A DNA stretch of 64,000 bases from Carcharhinus longimanus. Taxonomy: Eukaryota. Shown here in pieces: positions 27,117 to 40,085 of this stretch. Within the stretch, counting starts at the first letter, position 1; each line of letters opens with the position of its first letter. The stretch is from the NCBI GenBank assembly GCA_030264375.1, contig JASCQW010000160.1, positions 16,744,839 through 16,808,838 of the forward strand, written 5' to 3'. The position numbers and the translations under genes are program-made. The notes under the pieces were generated by a model. It was not told the DNA's origin and did not search any database. It saw nothing but the letters and a program-made list of their open reading frames with translations.

Positions 27117-27460
27117 GGAGGCTGTGGCATAGTGGTATTGTCACTGAACTAGAGACTCAGGTTCAAATCCCACATTGGCAGATGATGAAATTAGAATACA
27201 ATAAAAATCTGGAATTAAAAGTCGAANNNNNNNNNNGATGGCCATAAAACCAGCATTGATTGTTGTAAAAACCCATCCAGTTCACCAATGTTCTTTTGGG
27301 AAGGTCTGGCCTAGATGTGTCTCCAGACCTACAGCAAAGTGGTTAACTCTTAAACGTCCTCTTAAAATGGCCTCTCAAGTCACTTGGATCAAGGGCAATT
27401 TGTGAAGGGCAATAAATGCTGGCCAGTCACTGATGCCCACATCCCCGAACGAATGAAAAA
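27117..27460 (+). mobile_element. tRNA-derived SINE with LINE-shared 3' tail
   Basis: A box tggcatagtgg, B box ggttcaaatcc. Tail caagggcaat...aataaatgctggcc...cccacatcccc...gaatgaaaaa is shared with the LINE at 15705-17700. Confidence 0.8.
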
Positions 27461-29399
27461 CAGGAGATGCTATGATACCATGCAGCATTCAAGTCTCAAT
27501 TTATTATTTAGTTTCCTTCTGGGATACCTCTTACTCTGATGCCATAGTAGGTTATAAAGTAGCAGCCATTAAAACAATGGTGTTAAATGTATAACCCATG
27601 GACTAAATGGATCAAGCCAGCAACCTACACAATTTACTTACCTCTCCAACTTAACAAGGGATTCAGGAAATCTGACCAGCAGATCCAAACTTAATGGTCA
27701 CACACACTTCAAGTGTATGTTCCACCATTTCGGGTCAAACACTGTTTTGGCATTTATAAAGTTGACAAATTAATTTTAGATATTTCCCAACCTGTAACTA
27801 AAGAGAAGCAGGAGTTTTAATGAAGTAAAAAGCAATCCGATGCAGAGGTACAAAATAAAATCTGAAGGCAAATGGCAAAATGTTTGGGAAGTTGACAGTT
27901 ATTTGACGGGTGGCAAAATGGGCAGCTATTGTCTCGTTCAGAGAGAAGATAATTATTTTTTGCTGCAGATACTGACAATTTTCAAAAGATTGGGTTGATT
28001 ATTTTGACTAATTTGCTTGTTAATTCATTAAGAAAACAACAAACATTTTCACTGCAAATTCATAAGCAGTTTGCCAATTGCCAAATATAAGTAATTGCCA
28101 CCTAGAAACAGCCTCTTCCTCCCTCTCCCTTGGCCTGAATTGTTTGCAACTATTGTTGCTTATTAAGCTAAGACTGCATAATAGACTAGGGTGTCAAGGT
28201 GCAAAGCGGTCATTGATATCTCAAGGGAGTATTGAATCTCTAACTTAGAAATTATTCATTAGGTATTTTGCTTTCATTGCATCAGCACTAAGTTACTCAT
28301 ATAAAATGCAATATTGTAGCTTGTTACATCAATGTTAAGCATGATGAGTCAGCGTTCTATTTTTCTAAAAAAAATCGGGATTAGTGCCTGGGTTTATTAC
28401 ATTTATGATATATCCAGTGGAGTTAAATTTTGCAGCATGCCGTGTCAAAGCACCAGCTAAGTGACAGCAAAGTCAATCTTTTCACGCAGTGGGGGAGGAA
28501 ACAGTTATCTCATTACAAAATAGTGGTATTGAGCTGTAAACTATAAATCTTGAATTGTATAATGATTTACCTTCTCAGGCATCATCTTATATTTATCAGT
28601 TAGAATATATTGTACACAAAACGAGAGAACAGTTTAAAAAACACTTTTGTTGCAAAGTAATCAATTGCTAGAACAATGCCTAGCTGTCATCAAGTACATT
28701 ATAGAAATCGACATTCTAAAAATAAGTAGTGCCATTCTGCAGTGTCAATTTTCCTTATGTTGATCATTTGAGATATTTATAAAACTACAATAAACTAGAT
28801 TAGAATAATATAAATGCTTAATATTTAAATGTCATTAATATTTCAACATATCTGTTTACTGCACACAGCATGTGTACTTGGAACTGTATATTCAGAATGG
28901 GGTTAGCCAAGAAAAATCTCATTAAAGGCAAAAACTAAATGGCACAACCTTTTCATCCCTCAGACTCAAGAACAGACAGATAAGAGTAAAGAATTCACTC
29001 CACTTAATGTACAGCTTTATATGAAATGAATTTGGTCATTCATAACACAATCAATTTAGGATACAACTCAACAGCCTAATAATGTCCATCACATGGCCCA
29101 AATTAGCAATGCATTCACAGCTTCAATATAGATCAGAGACTTGAGATGGTGCATGGCTTACTTTTCAAAGTTACACTTATTAAGCTAGGCAATGATGATT
29201 GATTGATAAGCAAAGCTGGATTGTAGAAACTATGAAGGAACCCACAACTTTGTACAGCTTTCTGATGTAAACCAGAAATAAAAGTAAGCAGAGGGGCCTG
29301 AAAAGCAATGAGAGTTTAGCATGCAGAGGGGACAGAATAAAAGACTTTCTTCAGAAAAGGATGTAAAGAGAAGCCAAGCAAACACAGATCAGTCAGTTT

Positions 29400-29775
29400 A
29401 ACTTCCATGGTGGGGAAACTTCCAAAACAATGATTCAGAACCAAATTAATCATCATCTTGGCAAATGTGGGTTAATTAAAGAAAACTAACATAGTTAAAT
29501 ATTATTTTCCTGGAAGAAATTGAAGTCCAATTTTTTGAAGAGGTAACAAAGAGGGTTGATGAAGACTTGTGAGCGTAGTTAGATGTAGACTAAAAAGGAC
29601 AATAGCAACATTGATAAAGAATTGACTGAGTGACAGGAATGCAGTACAGTGGTTAATGAATGTTTTTCAGGATGTAGTAGTTCTCCAGGGATCAGTGATG
29701 TGACCCTTGCTTTTCCTAGCAGTTATTCATCACCAAGATCTTAGCTTAAAAGGCAAAATTTCAAAGTTTGCAGAT
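29400..29775 (+). mobile_element. Highly decayed CR1 RT fragment
   Basis: ttttttgaagaggtaacaaagagggttgatgaa (FFEEVTKRVDE) and aaaatttcaaagtttgcagat (KISKFAD). Confidence 0.6.
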
Positions 29776-29782
29776 AGTATTT

Positions 29783-29975
29783 GCTGGAACTTTCCAACTA
29801 TTCATGCTGGAGGATCTTCTGGTACTATCCCACCGCAGGTTTACTGGCAGTGTGGGGGGAAGTCAATGGGAAATTCCACTGACTGCAATGGGACCAGAAG
29901 ACCCTGCCGCCAGCCAGTGGCATACTGCCTTTGCTGTGAGAAACACATCATGGAGAAGCTAGAGAATTGCGCCCA
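29783..29975. mobile_element. MITE-like GC-rich element
   Basis: Internal inverted segments (gatcttctggt / accagaaga) and terminus gagaattgcgccc. Related to 34436-34570. Confidence 0.5.
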
Positions 29976-30602
29976 TTGTTAAGAACACAGCTGATGTTAA
30001 ATGCTAAACTCAGAAGGGAATTTTGGAATGCTGTTAAATGTATTTTTGCAATTTGTATAATGTGAGCAAAGATGTGAAGACCAGTGAAGGATATCCCAAA
30101 ATTTTCTGTGATGATTTTAAACACAGTTAAAGTTTTTTATGCTGTAAAATACATAAGAAAGTCAATTAAAATATATAGTTGACTACATTAATGGCTATCC
30201 GCAGTATCTTTAAATTTATCCAGTTCCAAATCCCCCCATTTTCCTAACCTCAGAGCTAAACCTCCTTAAACAACATCTTATGAGCTTTAAAACTATAAGC
30301 AAAATCCAGCAACAGTTACACACTAGGCACCTATATCTTTTGGGATTGCTTCTGAATTGGCATAGAGACATCTGGTTTCTTAAAACAGGCTTTCTCTAGA
30401 CAGAACTTGTTGGGAGTGAACATAGCTTCCTGCAAATGGTGAACTGGCCTCTGATATACTGTCCCTCTTTTTGATCTTCCCTTATCTGAATTAACCTTCT
30501 CAGAAATTACTGTGGTTACCATTTTTACATGATCTCACCTTTTGAAATATAAATGTGAAACCCACACCTATCTTCAATTTTATCAAACTTGTCTTAAGTA
30601 AA

Positions 30603-30770
30603 GAAAAACAGAAAATGCTGGAAAATCTTAGCAGATCTGACTGCATCTGTGGAGAGAGAACAGAGCTAACATTTTGAGTCTGGATGATTCCTCTCTCCAC
30701 AGATGCTGTCAGACCTGCTGAGATTTTCCAGCATTTCCTTCAGCATCCAGAGTAATTTGCTTTTGCTTTA
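30603..30770. mobile_element. Palindromic Penelope-derived element
   Basis: aaatgctggaaaatcttagcagatctgactgcatctgtggagagag is inverted to ctctctccacagatgctgtcagacctgctgagattttccagcattt. Confidence 0.75.
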
Positions 30771-30949
30771 GGGAACCACTTGTTCCCAATGTCGCTTTGC
30801 TAATCAGCATTATCAAAGCCCTAGTTCCATCAACTCAGACAACTTGTCTCTTGTCCATCTTAAAAACAATGACTTGTTTTCCCTGTGAACCTATACCACC
30901 AGAACACATTCCCAATTATTGGATTTCTTATTTTTCCATTTTATCACAA

Positions 30950-32090
30950 TGTCCTAACAATATGAAACTTGGCAGCATTATAAACTTCAAACTGTTGGAA
31001 TGGATGGACAAATGGAAGATTCAGAGTGGTTTAATATAGAAAAATGTGGAATGATTCATTTTGATAGGAAGAACATTGAAACATAATATAAAGTAAAGGG
31101 CACAATTCTAAAAGGAATGTAGGAGCAGAAAGACATCAGGGTGGATATGAGCACAAGTCATTAAAGGGGGAGGACAGATTGTGAGCAGTGTTAATAAAGC
31201 ATATCTCAGGCTTTATTAATAGGGCCATTAAATACAAGAACAAAGAACATACATTGAACTTATATAAGATACCAGTTTGGTTTCAGCTGGAGTACCACAT
31301 CCATTTCTGGGTGTCACATGTTAGGTCAGATATGAAAGCAGTGGAGAGAGAGTGTAGAAAAGATATCAAGAATGGTTTGAAGGATCAGAAACTTCAGTTA
31401 TGAAGATAGATTAGTGATATAGGGATCATTTTACTTATAGAAGATTGAGAGAAGGTTTGATAGAGAAATTCAAGTTCTTAAGGACTTTGGACAGAGAAAA
31501 TAAGGAGAAACAGTTCCCAATCATAAATGGGTCAAGAATGAAAAGGCACAGATTTAAAGAGACACAGAATCATAGTATCTCTATAGTGCATAAGGAGGCC
31601 ATTCGAGTTTGCACAGACTCTTACCCAGTCCCTCGCCCTGTAGCTCCACTAAACCTCCAAACCTTTGAATATTTAGGCATAAGGGTCAATTTAGCATGGC
31701 CAATCCACCTAACCTGTACATCCTAACCTGGAGGAAACCAGAGCACCATAGGAAAAACACACAGACACAGGGACAACGTGCAAACTCCACACAGATAATC
31801 ACCCAAGGCTGGAATTGAACCCAAATCCCTGGTGCTATGAAGCAGCAGTGCTAACCACTGTGCCACCTCATGGCACCAACCTTTTTCATGCAATGAGTGG
31901 TTTTAGCCTGAAGGCAGGTTCAATGGAAGAATTCAAAAGGGAACTAAACTGTTCACTGAAAAGGAAGAATGTGCAGGATTATGGGGAAAAGGCAAAAGAA
32001 TGGCATTAACTGAAATGTTCATTCAGAAAGCTGGTGCAGAAATGATGTACTAAATGGCCTCCTTCTGTGCTGTAACAATTTGTGATTCTA
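30950..32090 (+). mobile_element. Decayed CR1 LINE 3' half, interrupted by a SINE
   Basis: LLEWMDKWK, MIHF, GFINRAIKYKNKE, QLEYHIHFW motifs; 3' tail aaatggcctccttctgtgctgtaacaatttgtgattct. Confidence 0.8.
31560..31873 (-). mobile_element. V-SINE (HE1-like)
   Basis: Reverse of head (gcagtgctaaccactgtgccacc) and core (aatttagcatggccaatccacctaacctg). Confidence 0.8.
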
Positions 32091-32349
32091 AGAAAATAGG
32101 TATGGTCAAGTACATCATCACAATTCATTAATACTGTTACTTCTATGATCCCCAAAAGTTGATTATCATTGCAGCAAATATTGTCTTGGACCAAGCATGG
32201 AGAATGTCTACATAGGTAAGGTACCAATGCAGCCAACAACCACAGGACTATACCCAGCATACATCTTCAGGACAGAATGGGAAAAAATGTAAAACTGTAA
32301 AACAAAACTAGATTTAAGTAGAAATAGATGACTTAAATAGAAATAGATG

Positions 32350-32492
32350 TTCCACAGAACTCTGTAGAAGGCTCAATGGACTGGAAATGTCAATTGTGTT
32401 TCTCTCTCCATAGGTGCTACCAGATTGGAGTTAGCCCAGCATTTTTCATTTTTATTTCATATTTCTAGCATCTGCAATATTTTGCTTTTATT
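32350..32492. mobile_element. Single arm of Penelope-derived palindromic element
   Basis: tctctctccataggtgctaccaga...cagcattttt...agcatctgcaatattttgcttt. Confidence 0.55.
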
Positions 32493-32894
32493 TAAGCAAC
32501 TGATGTTGCTAGCTGATGGGAGAAAAGCTGAATGAATGCTAGTACCTTCTGATTATTTTTAGTCTGAATTCACAGATAAGGCTCAAAAAAATGGGAATGA
32601 GGGAAGCAAATAAAAGGGAACTGTTTTAACACGTCAATTTCTGATCCTACAACAACAAATTTTACTCTTAATAAGCCTACCTGGTCTTTAATCCTTATCA
32701 ATATGTGCTTTACTAATTTTTCATTCAATCACTCAGGAATATACAGTTCACTTTAGAACGACCCTTATAGCTCCTTTAAAACTTATCTTAGTTCCCTCAG
32801 CTCACTGTTCAGTAATGAGGGTAAGTCAAAACCAATAATATTACAGTACTCAGCAAGTCATATTATATGAAAATAAAATCAATGTACAACTTAC

Positions 32895-33632
32895 AAAGAA
32901 CGAAGAAAATTACAGCACAGGAACAGGCCCTTCGGCCCTCCAAGCCTGCATTGTCCATACTGCCCGATTTAACTAAAACCCCCTACCCTTCCAGGGCCGT
33001 ATCCCTCTATTCCTATCCTATTTGTCAAGACACCCCTTAAAAGTCACTACCATATCCGCTTCCATTACCTCCTCTGGCAACGAGGTCCAGGCACCCACTA
33101 CTCTGTCTGTAAAAAATCTGTCTTGGACATCTCTTTTAAACCATGCCCCTTGCATCTTAAACCTGTGCCCCCTAGTAATTGACTCTTCCACCCTGGGAAA
33201 AAGCTTCTGACTATTCACTCTGTCCATGCCTCTCATAATCTTGTAGACTTCTATCAGGTGTCCCCTCAACCTCCGTCATTCCAGCAAGAACAAACCAAGT
33301 TTCTCCAATCTCTCCTCATAGCTAATGCCCTCCATTCCAGGCAACATCCTGGTAAATCTTTTCTGTACCCTCTCCAAATCCTCCAGATCCTTCTGGTAAT
33401 GTGGTGACCAGAATTGATCACTTTTCCAAGTGCGGCCTAACTAAGGTTCTATAAAGCTGCACCATGACTTGCCAATTTTTAAACTCAAAGTCCCAGCCGA
33501 TGAAGGCAGGCATGCCGTATGCCTTCTTGACTACCTTCTCCACCTGCATTGCCACTTCCAGCGACCTGTGTACCTGTACACCCAGATCCCTCTGCCTATC
33601 AATACTCTGAAGGGTTCTGCCATTTACTGTAT
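32895..33632 (-). mobile_element. CR1 (HER1-like) LINE 3' end
   Basis: RGHLIEVYKIMRGMDRV, TRGHRFK, QRDLGVQVHRSL, LYRTLVRPHLE; reverse 3' tail at 32895-32945. Confidence 0.92.
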
Positions 33633-33790
33633 AAGTGGAGAGTATTCCAGGACTAGTCATCTAGTCCTGACTTGTACCTTGTAGATAGTGGACAGGCTCT
33701 GGGGAGTCAGAAGGTGAGTTACTCACCGCAGGGTTCCTAGTCTCTGACCTGCTCATGTAGCCACCATATTTATATGGCTAGTCCATTACC
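33633..33790 (-). mobile_element. CR1/L2-group LINE fragment
   Basis: tcctgacttgtaccttgtagatagtggacaggctctggggagtcag is the reverse of 16980-17030. Confidence 0.7.
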
Positions 33791-33929
33791 TGTAAAATAC
33801 TTTGCGAGATATTATGAACCAAACTAATGCAAGTCTTTCTTTGCACTTGCTGATAAAGCTCACCACCACCTTCTCACAGGTAATTAAGAATGGGTAATAG
33901 ATTCTGGCCTAGCCAATGATACCCACCAT

Positions 33930-34377
33930 AATAAGTCCTCAGAGGGGGAAGTCCTTTCACCAGAGTTCCTTTATTTACGAGGTCTAATAAGGCTCTACAG
34001 AGTGCTCCCAGCAGGCAGTCTGCATCCGGAGTACCAGAGGAACTGGCACTCCTGGTTAAGTCCAGAGCATGGGGATCCCTGAGGCTGGTGAGTGTCTGGA
34101 ATGGGCTGCCAGTGATAGTTGCAGAGGTGGGTATAATTTTGTCTTTTGAAAAGCATTTAGACAGTTACATAGGTAAGATGTTTATCGAGGGATATGGGCT
34201 AAATGCGGGCAACTGGGACCAGCTTAGGGGTTAAAAAAAGGGGCGGCATGGACGAGTTGGGCCGAAGGGTCTGTTTCCATGCTGTAAACCTCTATGATTG
34301 GACCATCAATTTGGTCCTTAATCAAGGAGTTCATATTCTAATAGGCCCACCCCAATTGCCTGATTAGAATCATTACA
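33930..34377 (-). mobile_element. Possible solo LTR interrupted by a CR1 3' tail (34083-34298)
   Basis: Minus strand starts TGTAATG at 34377 and has AATAAA near the far end (tttatt at about 33971). The CR1 tail (gagtgtctggaatgggctgcc...gggccgaagggtctgtttccatgctgtaaacctctatga) splits ccctga|ttggacc. Confidence 0.4.
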
Positions 34378-34670
34378 CCCATGCCATGATTTACAAAACA
34401 TTCATTCCATTGGAGAAATCCACTGCAAGGAAGATGTGGACGGAATTCTCCGGCCGCTACGCCAGTAGGATTCTCCAGTCCTGCCGGCAGTGTACACCCG
34501 CTGGCGAGTTTCCCGCCCGGGGGGGGGGGGGGGGGGTGGGGGGTGACATCAATGGGAATTCCCATGGACANNNNNNNNNNNNNNNNNNNNNNNNNNNNNN
34601 NNNNNNNNNNNNNNNNNNNNNNNNNNNNNNNNNNNNNNNNNNNNNNNNNNNNNNNNNNNNNNNNNNNNNN

Positions 34671-35075
34671 ACATCCTGGTAAATCTTTTCTGTACCCTCT
34701 CCAAAGCCTCCACATCCTTCTGGTAGTGTGGCGACCAGAATTGAACTTTATATTCCAAGTGTGGCCTAACTAAGGTTCTATAAATCTGCAACATGACTTG
34801 CCAATTTTTAAACTCAATGCCCCGGCCGATAAAGGCAAGCATGCCACATGCCTTCCTGACTACCTTCTTCACCTGCACTGCCACTTTCCGTGACCTGTGT
34901 ACTTGTATACCCAGATCCCTTTGCCTATCAATACTCTTAAGGGTTCTGCCATTTACTGTACATTTCATATTTGTATTAGGCCTTCCAAAATGCATTACCT
35001 CACATTTGTCCGGATCAAACTCCATCTACCATCTCTCCGCCCGTGTCTCCAACTGATCTATATCCTGCTGTATCC
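34671..35075 (-). mobile_element. CR1 LINE ORF2 fragment
   Basis: MEFDPDKCEVMHFGR...QRDLGIQVHRS...LVRPHLEYKVQFWSPHYQKDVEALERVQKRFTRM. Confidence 0.92.
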
Positions 35076-35299
35076 TTATGCATAACCCTCAAACACTTTT
35101 CTGGAAAGCTTTTGAAGCTGACTATTCTAAAGTCCCGCAACATTTGCAATTATTTTTATCATAGTGTCTTAATCACAGTACTAAATGGAATCGTCATTAG
35201 AATTGAAGTGATTTTTTAGTCTGATTCAATTACTTGAAGTCATTCCAACCTGATAAAGCATTATGTAAATACAGATATTATATAAGAATATCAAGATGA

Positions 35300-35860
35300 A
35301 CTTAACAACAGGAATCAAGGCCTTTTGATCATTTTCTGCCACTCAATCAAATTATGGCTGATCTGACATGATCTATAATCTCTCGATACCCCCTTCCAAT
35401 AAAGGTCTACTGATCTCGGTAATGATCATTTCAAATGATCCAACATTCACAACCTGCTTCTGGGGGAAGGGGTGAGAAAAAATCCAGATTTTTACTGTCT
35501 CTTGTAGAAGAAATGCTGTATTATTTCATTTCTGAATTGGCTAGCTCTAATTTTAAGACTCCTCCATCAGAGGATCCTTAAATTATTTTAGATACTTTAA
35601 TTAAATCATCTCTCATAAGCCCAATGGAATATAAGCCACATGTAAGCATTCTGTCCTCAGAACATAACCCTTTAAACTCTGATATCACACTGGTAAATCT
35701 GCCCTCTGCCTCCTCCAAAGTCAATATATTTTCCCTGAAATGTTGTGACCAAAACTGAACATAGTACTCACGATGAGGTCTGACCAACGCTCTGCACAAC
35801 TGAAGTAACACTTCTACCCTTTATATTTCAGTCCCCTTGAAATAAGCGCCATCATTCTGT
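35300..35860 (-). mobile_element. Decayed CR1 LINE 3' end
   Basis: LLQLCRALVRPHREYYVQFWSQHFRENILTLE. Confidence 0.8.
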
Positions 35861-36789
35861 TACGGTGCACAGTTAAAAAAATGTTTTGAAGGTTACATTT
35901 GTAAACCTTGGACTGAGTTTTAAGATAGAATCCATTTTGGAAACAGAGAGTCACATGACTTTCTCTTTGGATGAAGGCTGGCTGAAGGGGTTCCAGCCTG
36001 AATCCACAAAGGAGACATTCTCAGACATATGCATTTAAAATTCAATGAGTATTCCAAATGAGTAAACAAACCCATCGACTTGATGGCTTTTTCCTCCAAA
36101 TACAAAAACATTAACTATAAGCCATGACTAGGAGTGAACAACCTTGACTCTTTTGCTCACTACAAGGATAAGGAGACTTTGGATAATTATAACAGAAATC
36201 CCAGTTTCCAAGTCGCTCAGCATTCTTGCACAGATCACACAATATGGTGACCATTTTGACTTAATTGCAAAAAGCATAAAAAAGCGCAGGAAGCTGGCAG
36301 ATAGATCTTGAAGAACTATCTTAAAACAGCTTCAACCGAGGGAGAGACAGAGAATGGTATCTAAATTAATATGTGGTCAGCTGTAAGTAACTAGGCAATT
36401 TTGAAAGTTCCCCGCCTGCAAAATCAGGGGGAAACATTTTCTCCTCCCTCTAACCTGATTATACCTACTAAGCTCAACTGTTAAAGCAATTCTGCAATTC
36501 AACCATGGAAGTTATCACAGTTGCAGAGACAATTCTGCACCCTCAAAACCTTCATGTTAGATAACGTAAATATCTCAACTTCAAATGTCCATGACAATTC
36601 CACTAGCCTTTCGATCACCTTTTGCACTTAAAATGAGTCATGGTAGACCACGAGATTAATAACTATTTTTGGTGGACTGCTAAAGTAAAATCTAATATTG
36701 CATCTCCATTTCTCAGCTTCACATGCAAAGTGAATATTAATTTTCACAGAAGTCAGACTTTAGACCACTGAAAAGGAGGTATTTAGTGT

Positions 36790-38248
36790 CAGCCCTCACA
36801 GTGGAAGACACAAATAACATGCCAAAAATTGATGGCAAGGAGCCAGTGACACAAGGATCTAGAAATGATCATTATCACTAAAGTAGTAGTCTTGGGCAAG
36901 CTAATAGGGATAAAGGTAGACAAGTCTCCAGGCCGTAATGGAATGCATCCCAGGGTACTAAAAGAGATGATAGGAGAAATAACAAATGCGCTNNNNNNNN
37001 NNNNNNNNNNNNNNNNNNNNNNNNNNNNNNNNNNNNNNNNNNNNNNNNNNNNNNNNNNNNNNNNNNNNNNNNNNNNNNNNNNNNNNNNNNNNTCTTGACG
37101 TCCAGAAAACATTCGACAAGATGCTGCACAAAAGGCTGCTGTGCAAGATAAAAGTGCACAACATTACGGATAATGTATTAGTATGGACAGAGGATTGGTT
37201 AACCAACAGAAAACAAAGAGTGGGGATAAATGGGGGTTTTTCTGGTTGGCAATCAGTGACTAGTGGTGTGCCTCAGGGATCATTGGGACTGCAATTGTTT
37301 ACAATTTACATAGATGATTTGGAGTCAGGGAACAAGTGTAATGTGTCAAAGTTCACAGATGACACTAAGATGAGTGGTGGAGCAAAGTGTGCAGAGGACA
37401 AAGTCTGCAGAGAGATATAATAGTTTGAGTGAGTGGGCAACGGTCTAGCAGACGGTGTACACAATGTTGGTAAATGTGAGCTCATCCATTTTGGCAGGAA
37501 TAACAGCAAAATGGACTATTACTTAAATGGTAAAAAACTGCAGCATGTTGCTGTGCAGAGGGACCTGAGTGTCCTTGTGCATGAATTGCAAAAAGTTGGT
37601 TTGAAGGTGCAACAGGTAATTAAGAAGGCAAATAAATTCTGTCCTTCATTGCTAGAAGTGCTAGGAGTTTAAAAACAGGGAGATTATGTTGCAGCTGTAT
37701 AAGATGCTGTTGAGACCACACCTGGAGTAGTGTACAGTTTTTGTCTCCTTACTTGAGAACGTACGTACTGGCACTGGAGCGTGTGCAGAGGAGATTCACT
37801 AGCTTGATTTCAGAATTGAAAGGTTGGCTTACAAGGAGAGACTGAGTAGACTTGGGACTATACTCTTTAGCATTTAGAAGAATGTGGGAGGATCTTTACA
37901 GAAACATATAAAATTATGAAGGGAATAGATGAGAAAGGTTGTTTCCACTGGCGGGTGAAACGAGAACAAGGCGGCACAGATTCAAAATAACGGAGTAGAT
38001 TTAGGACTGAGTTGAGGAGGAACTTCTTCACGTAAAGGATTGTGAATCTATGGAATTCCCTGCCCAGTAAAGCAGTTGATGCTATCCTGCTGAATTTTTT
38101 TTAAGGCAAAGATAGATAGATTTTTGGACAGTAAAGGAATTAAGCATTATGGTAAGCTGGTGGATAAGTGAAGCTGAGTCCATTATCTTATTGAATAGCG
38201 GAGCAGGCTCGAAGGGCCAGTGGCCTACTGCTGCTCCTAGTTCTTAAA
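36790..38248 (+). mobile_element. CR1 LINE ORF2 (RT) and 3' tail
   Basis: KSPGRNGMHPRVLKE, LDVQKTFDK, WLTNRKQRVGING, SGVPQGS, FTIYIDDL, SKFTDDTK; tail gcaggctcgaagggccagtggcctactgctgctcctagttctt. Confidence 0.93.
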
Positions 38249-39744
38249 TGCATATGCTGAATTAAACCCAACATTCACTGTTCAGGCAGTGGCAGTACGA
38301 TTCTGGAAAAGTATCAATGTTGCTGCTAAATTTACAGAATAGGTTAACCTTTGCTCACTCTAAATTCATCTTCATTAAACAAACAAATTAAGTGCAATTG
38401 GCTGGTCACTTAATTCTATCCTTCCTCGCTTGCACTTGTGTCAAGGTCATTGAGATCCAATCAGACAATAATAAGACAACATTAAAGGTCACACAGCAGC
38501 CTCCACCATCTAACTTGATCAGTTGCATGAACGACAAAGGTAACATTAACTGAGCTCTGTAACCAATTTGCAAACAGAAAACAAACTAACCTTGGTCCTA
38601 AAGTTAACTTTTACCTTAAATTCACATGGATGAAGGGTATTTTTATAATCTTTGAATTTAACATCTTGAATAGTCAGCCCCCAGAATACATGTTAAAAAG
38701 TTTAATAACTCCACTAAATGCTTCCACATGGAGACTGCAGTCCAGATGTAATTCTTAGAATACTTGGAAAGCTTGTTACATTAACCAAATTGTTTATGTG
38801 GAAAACAATGTTCAGTCAACAGTATTAAATTGTTAAACATTTGCGAAGTACAAAATTGTACATTACACAACAGACTCAAAGCACTATATTTTTTCTAATA
38901 ATTGTTACTTTGACAAATGATACAGCTCTGAAAGCACTAAATTAAGAGGCTACCTTGTTCCACATTTAACATAACGGATGATAGCCTTGGTTCTTCAAAG
39001 AACCTTGTGTACAGGCCTGACTCCCTACAACATCAATGACCAATGTATGTAGCACTCATGGCTTTTAATTTTAATTTATTTTACATGGTTCCATTTTCTA
39101 ATTTCCCTTTTCTAAATGTATATTATCCCTCTTGGGCATAAGAGTAAAATCATTTTTATGGACAACTGAAAGATCATTAGTAGATATGCATGAGCAATAC
39201 ATGTAAAGGTTATTCCTTGTCCAGATATTTTCACTCACCAGTAGGCCTACTAAAGAATGCAAAACCTTGTGTTTTTTGTAACCAGTACGAAGCAATAGAT
39301 TTCAAGATCACTTCAGGAAAACAAACTCATCACAATTTAGAGACAGCTATGTACTCTTCATTCACTACATCACCGTAAACGCGTGTTTGAATATTGACTT
39401 ACAAATACATACACACAATCAACTATGTGATGGGGGATTTAGATAATTAATACATCAAAAAACTAGAAACAAATTAGTAACCTTCTCTAAAAGCCATACT
39501 TTATCAGGCAGATACAATTTCTCTGTAAAGGCAAGTAAGTGAAAAATAGCACTCATAGCTTATGGTCTCATTCTGCTTTTACTGATGAGTTAGCAGTCAC
39601 TACGAAAATAAAGAGTCATTCTAGCTGCTATGTGTTTTGGGAAATAACAGGGTTTTTTTTGGCATTAGCATCTTTGTGATACATTTCTACTTTATAGCAC
39701 TTCATATTATCTGTTCATTTCTCAGTTTTATGTTCAATATCTAC

Positions 39745-40085
39745 CTGGTCTCACTTGCTTCACCTTTCTCACGAACTTTCAGCCATTTCTTCAACAGGAA
39801 GCGTTTGCGGCGTGGAGAAGCGCTTGGCGTGGAACAATTTGACCAAGGAGTATCCTCATCACTTGATGGTGTAATTTCAATAGAAGGAAGCTGTAGGTGC
39901 TCTTTGGTTATCGGACCACAGTAAATGTTTTTCATCATTTGTTCTTTCTCACTCTGAACATTCTTCCAACGTTTCATTTTGAAGCGTTTCCTACGAAGTG
40001 TTGGTGTTGAGGATCTTGACCAAGCCACAGTGCCATTGCCTGAAGATGAAATATGTACAGCTGGAAGCTGCAGCATATCTGACAT
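39745..40085 (-). CDS. GRAMD1B: First coding exon of GRAMD1B (Aster-B) long N-terminal isoform
   Basis: Translation MSDMLQLP...WSRSSTPTLRRKRFKMKRWKNVQ...LQLPSIEITPSSDEDTPWSNCSTPSASPRRKRFLLKKWLKVRE matches the vertebrate GRAMD1B long-isoform N-terminus as I recall it. There is an in-frame TAA upstream of the ATG at 40085. Phase-2 donor ACCAG|GTAGAT with exon end at 39745. Plausible acceptor cttcgttttacag| gives an exon start at 40117 with a short 5'UTR. Confidence 0.85.
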
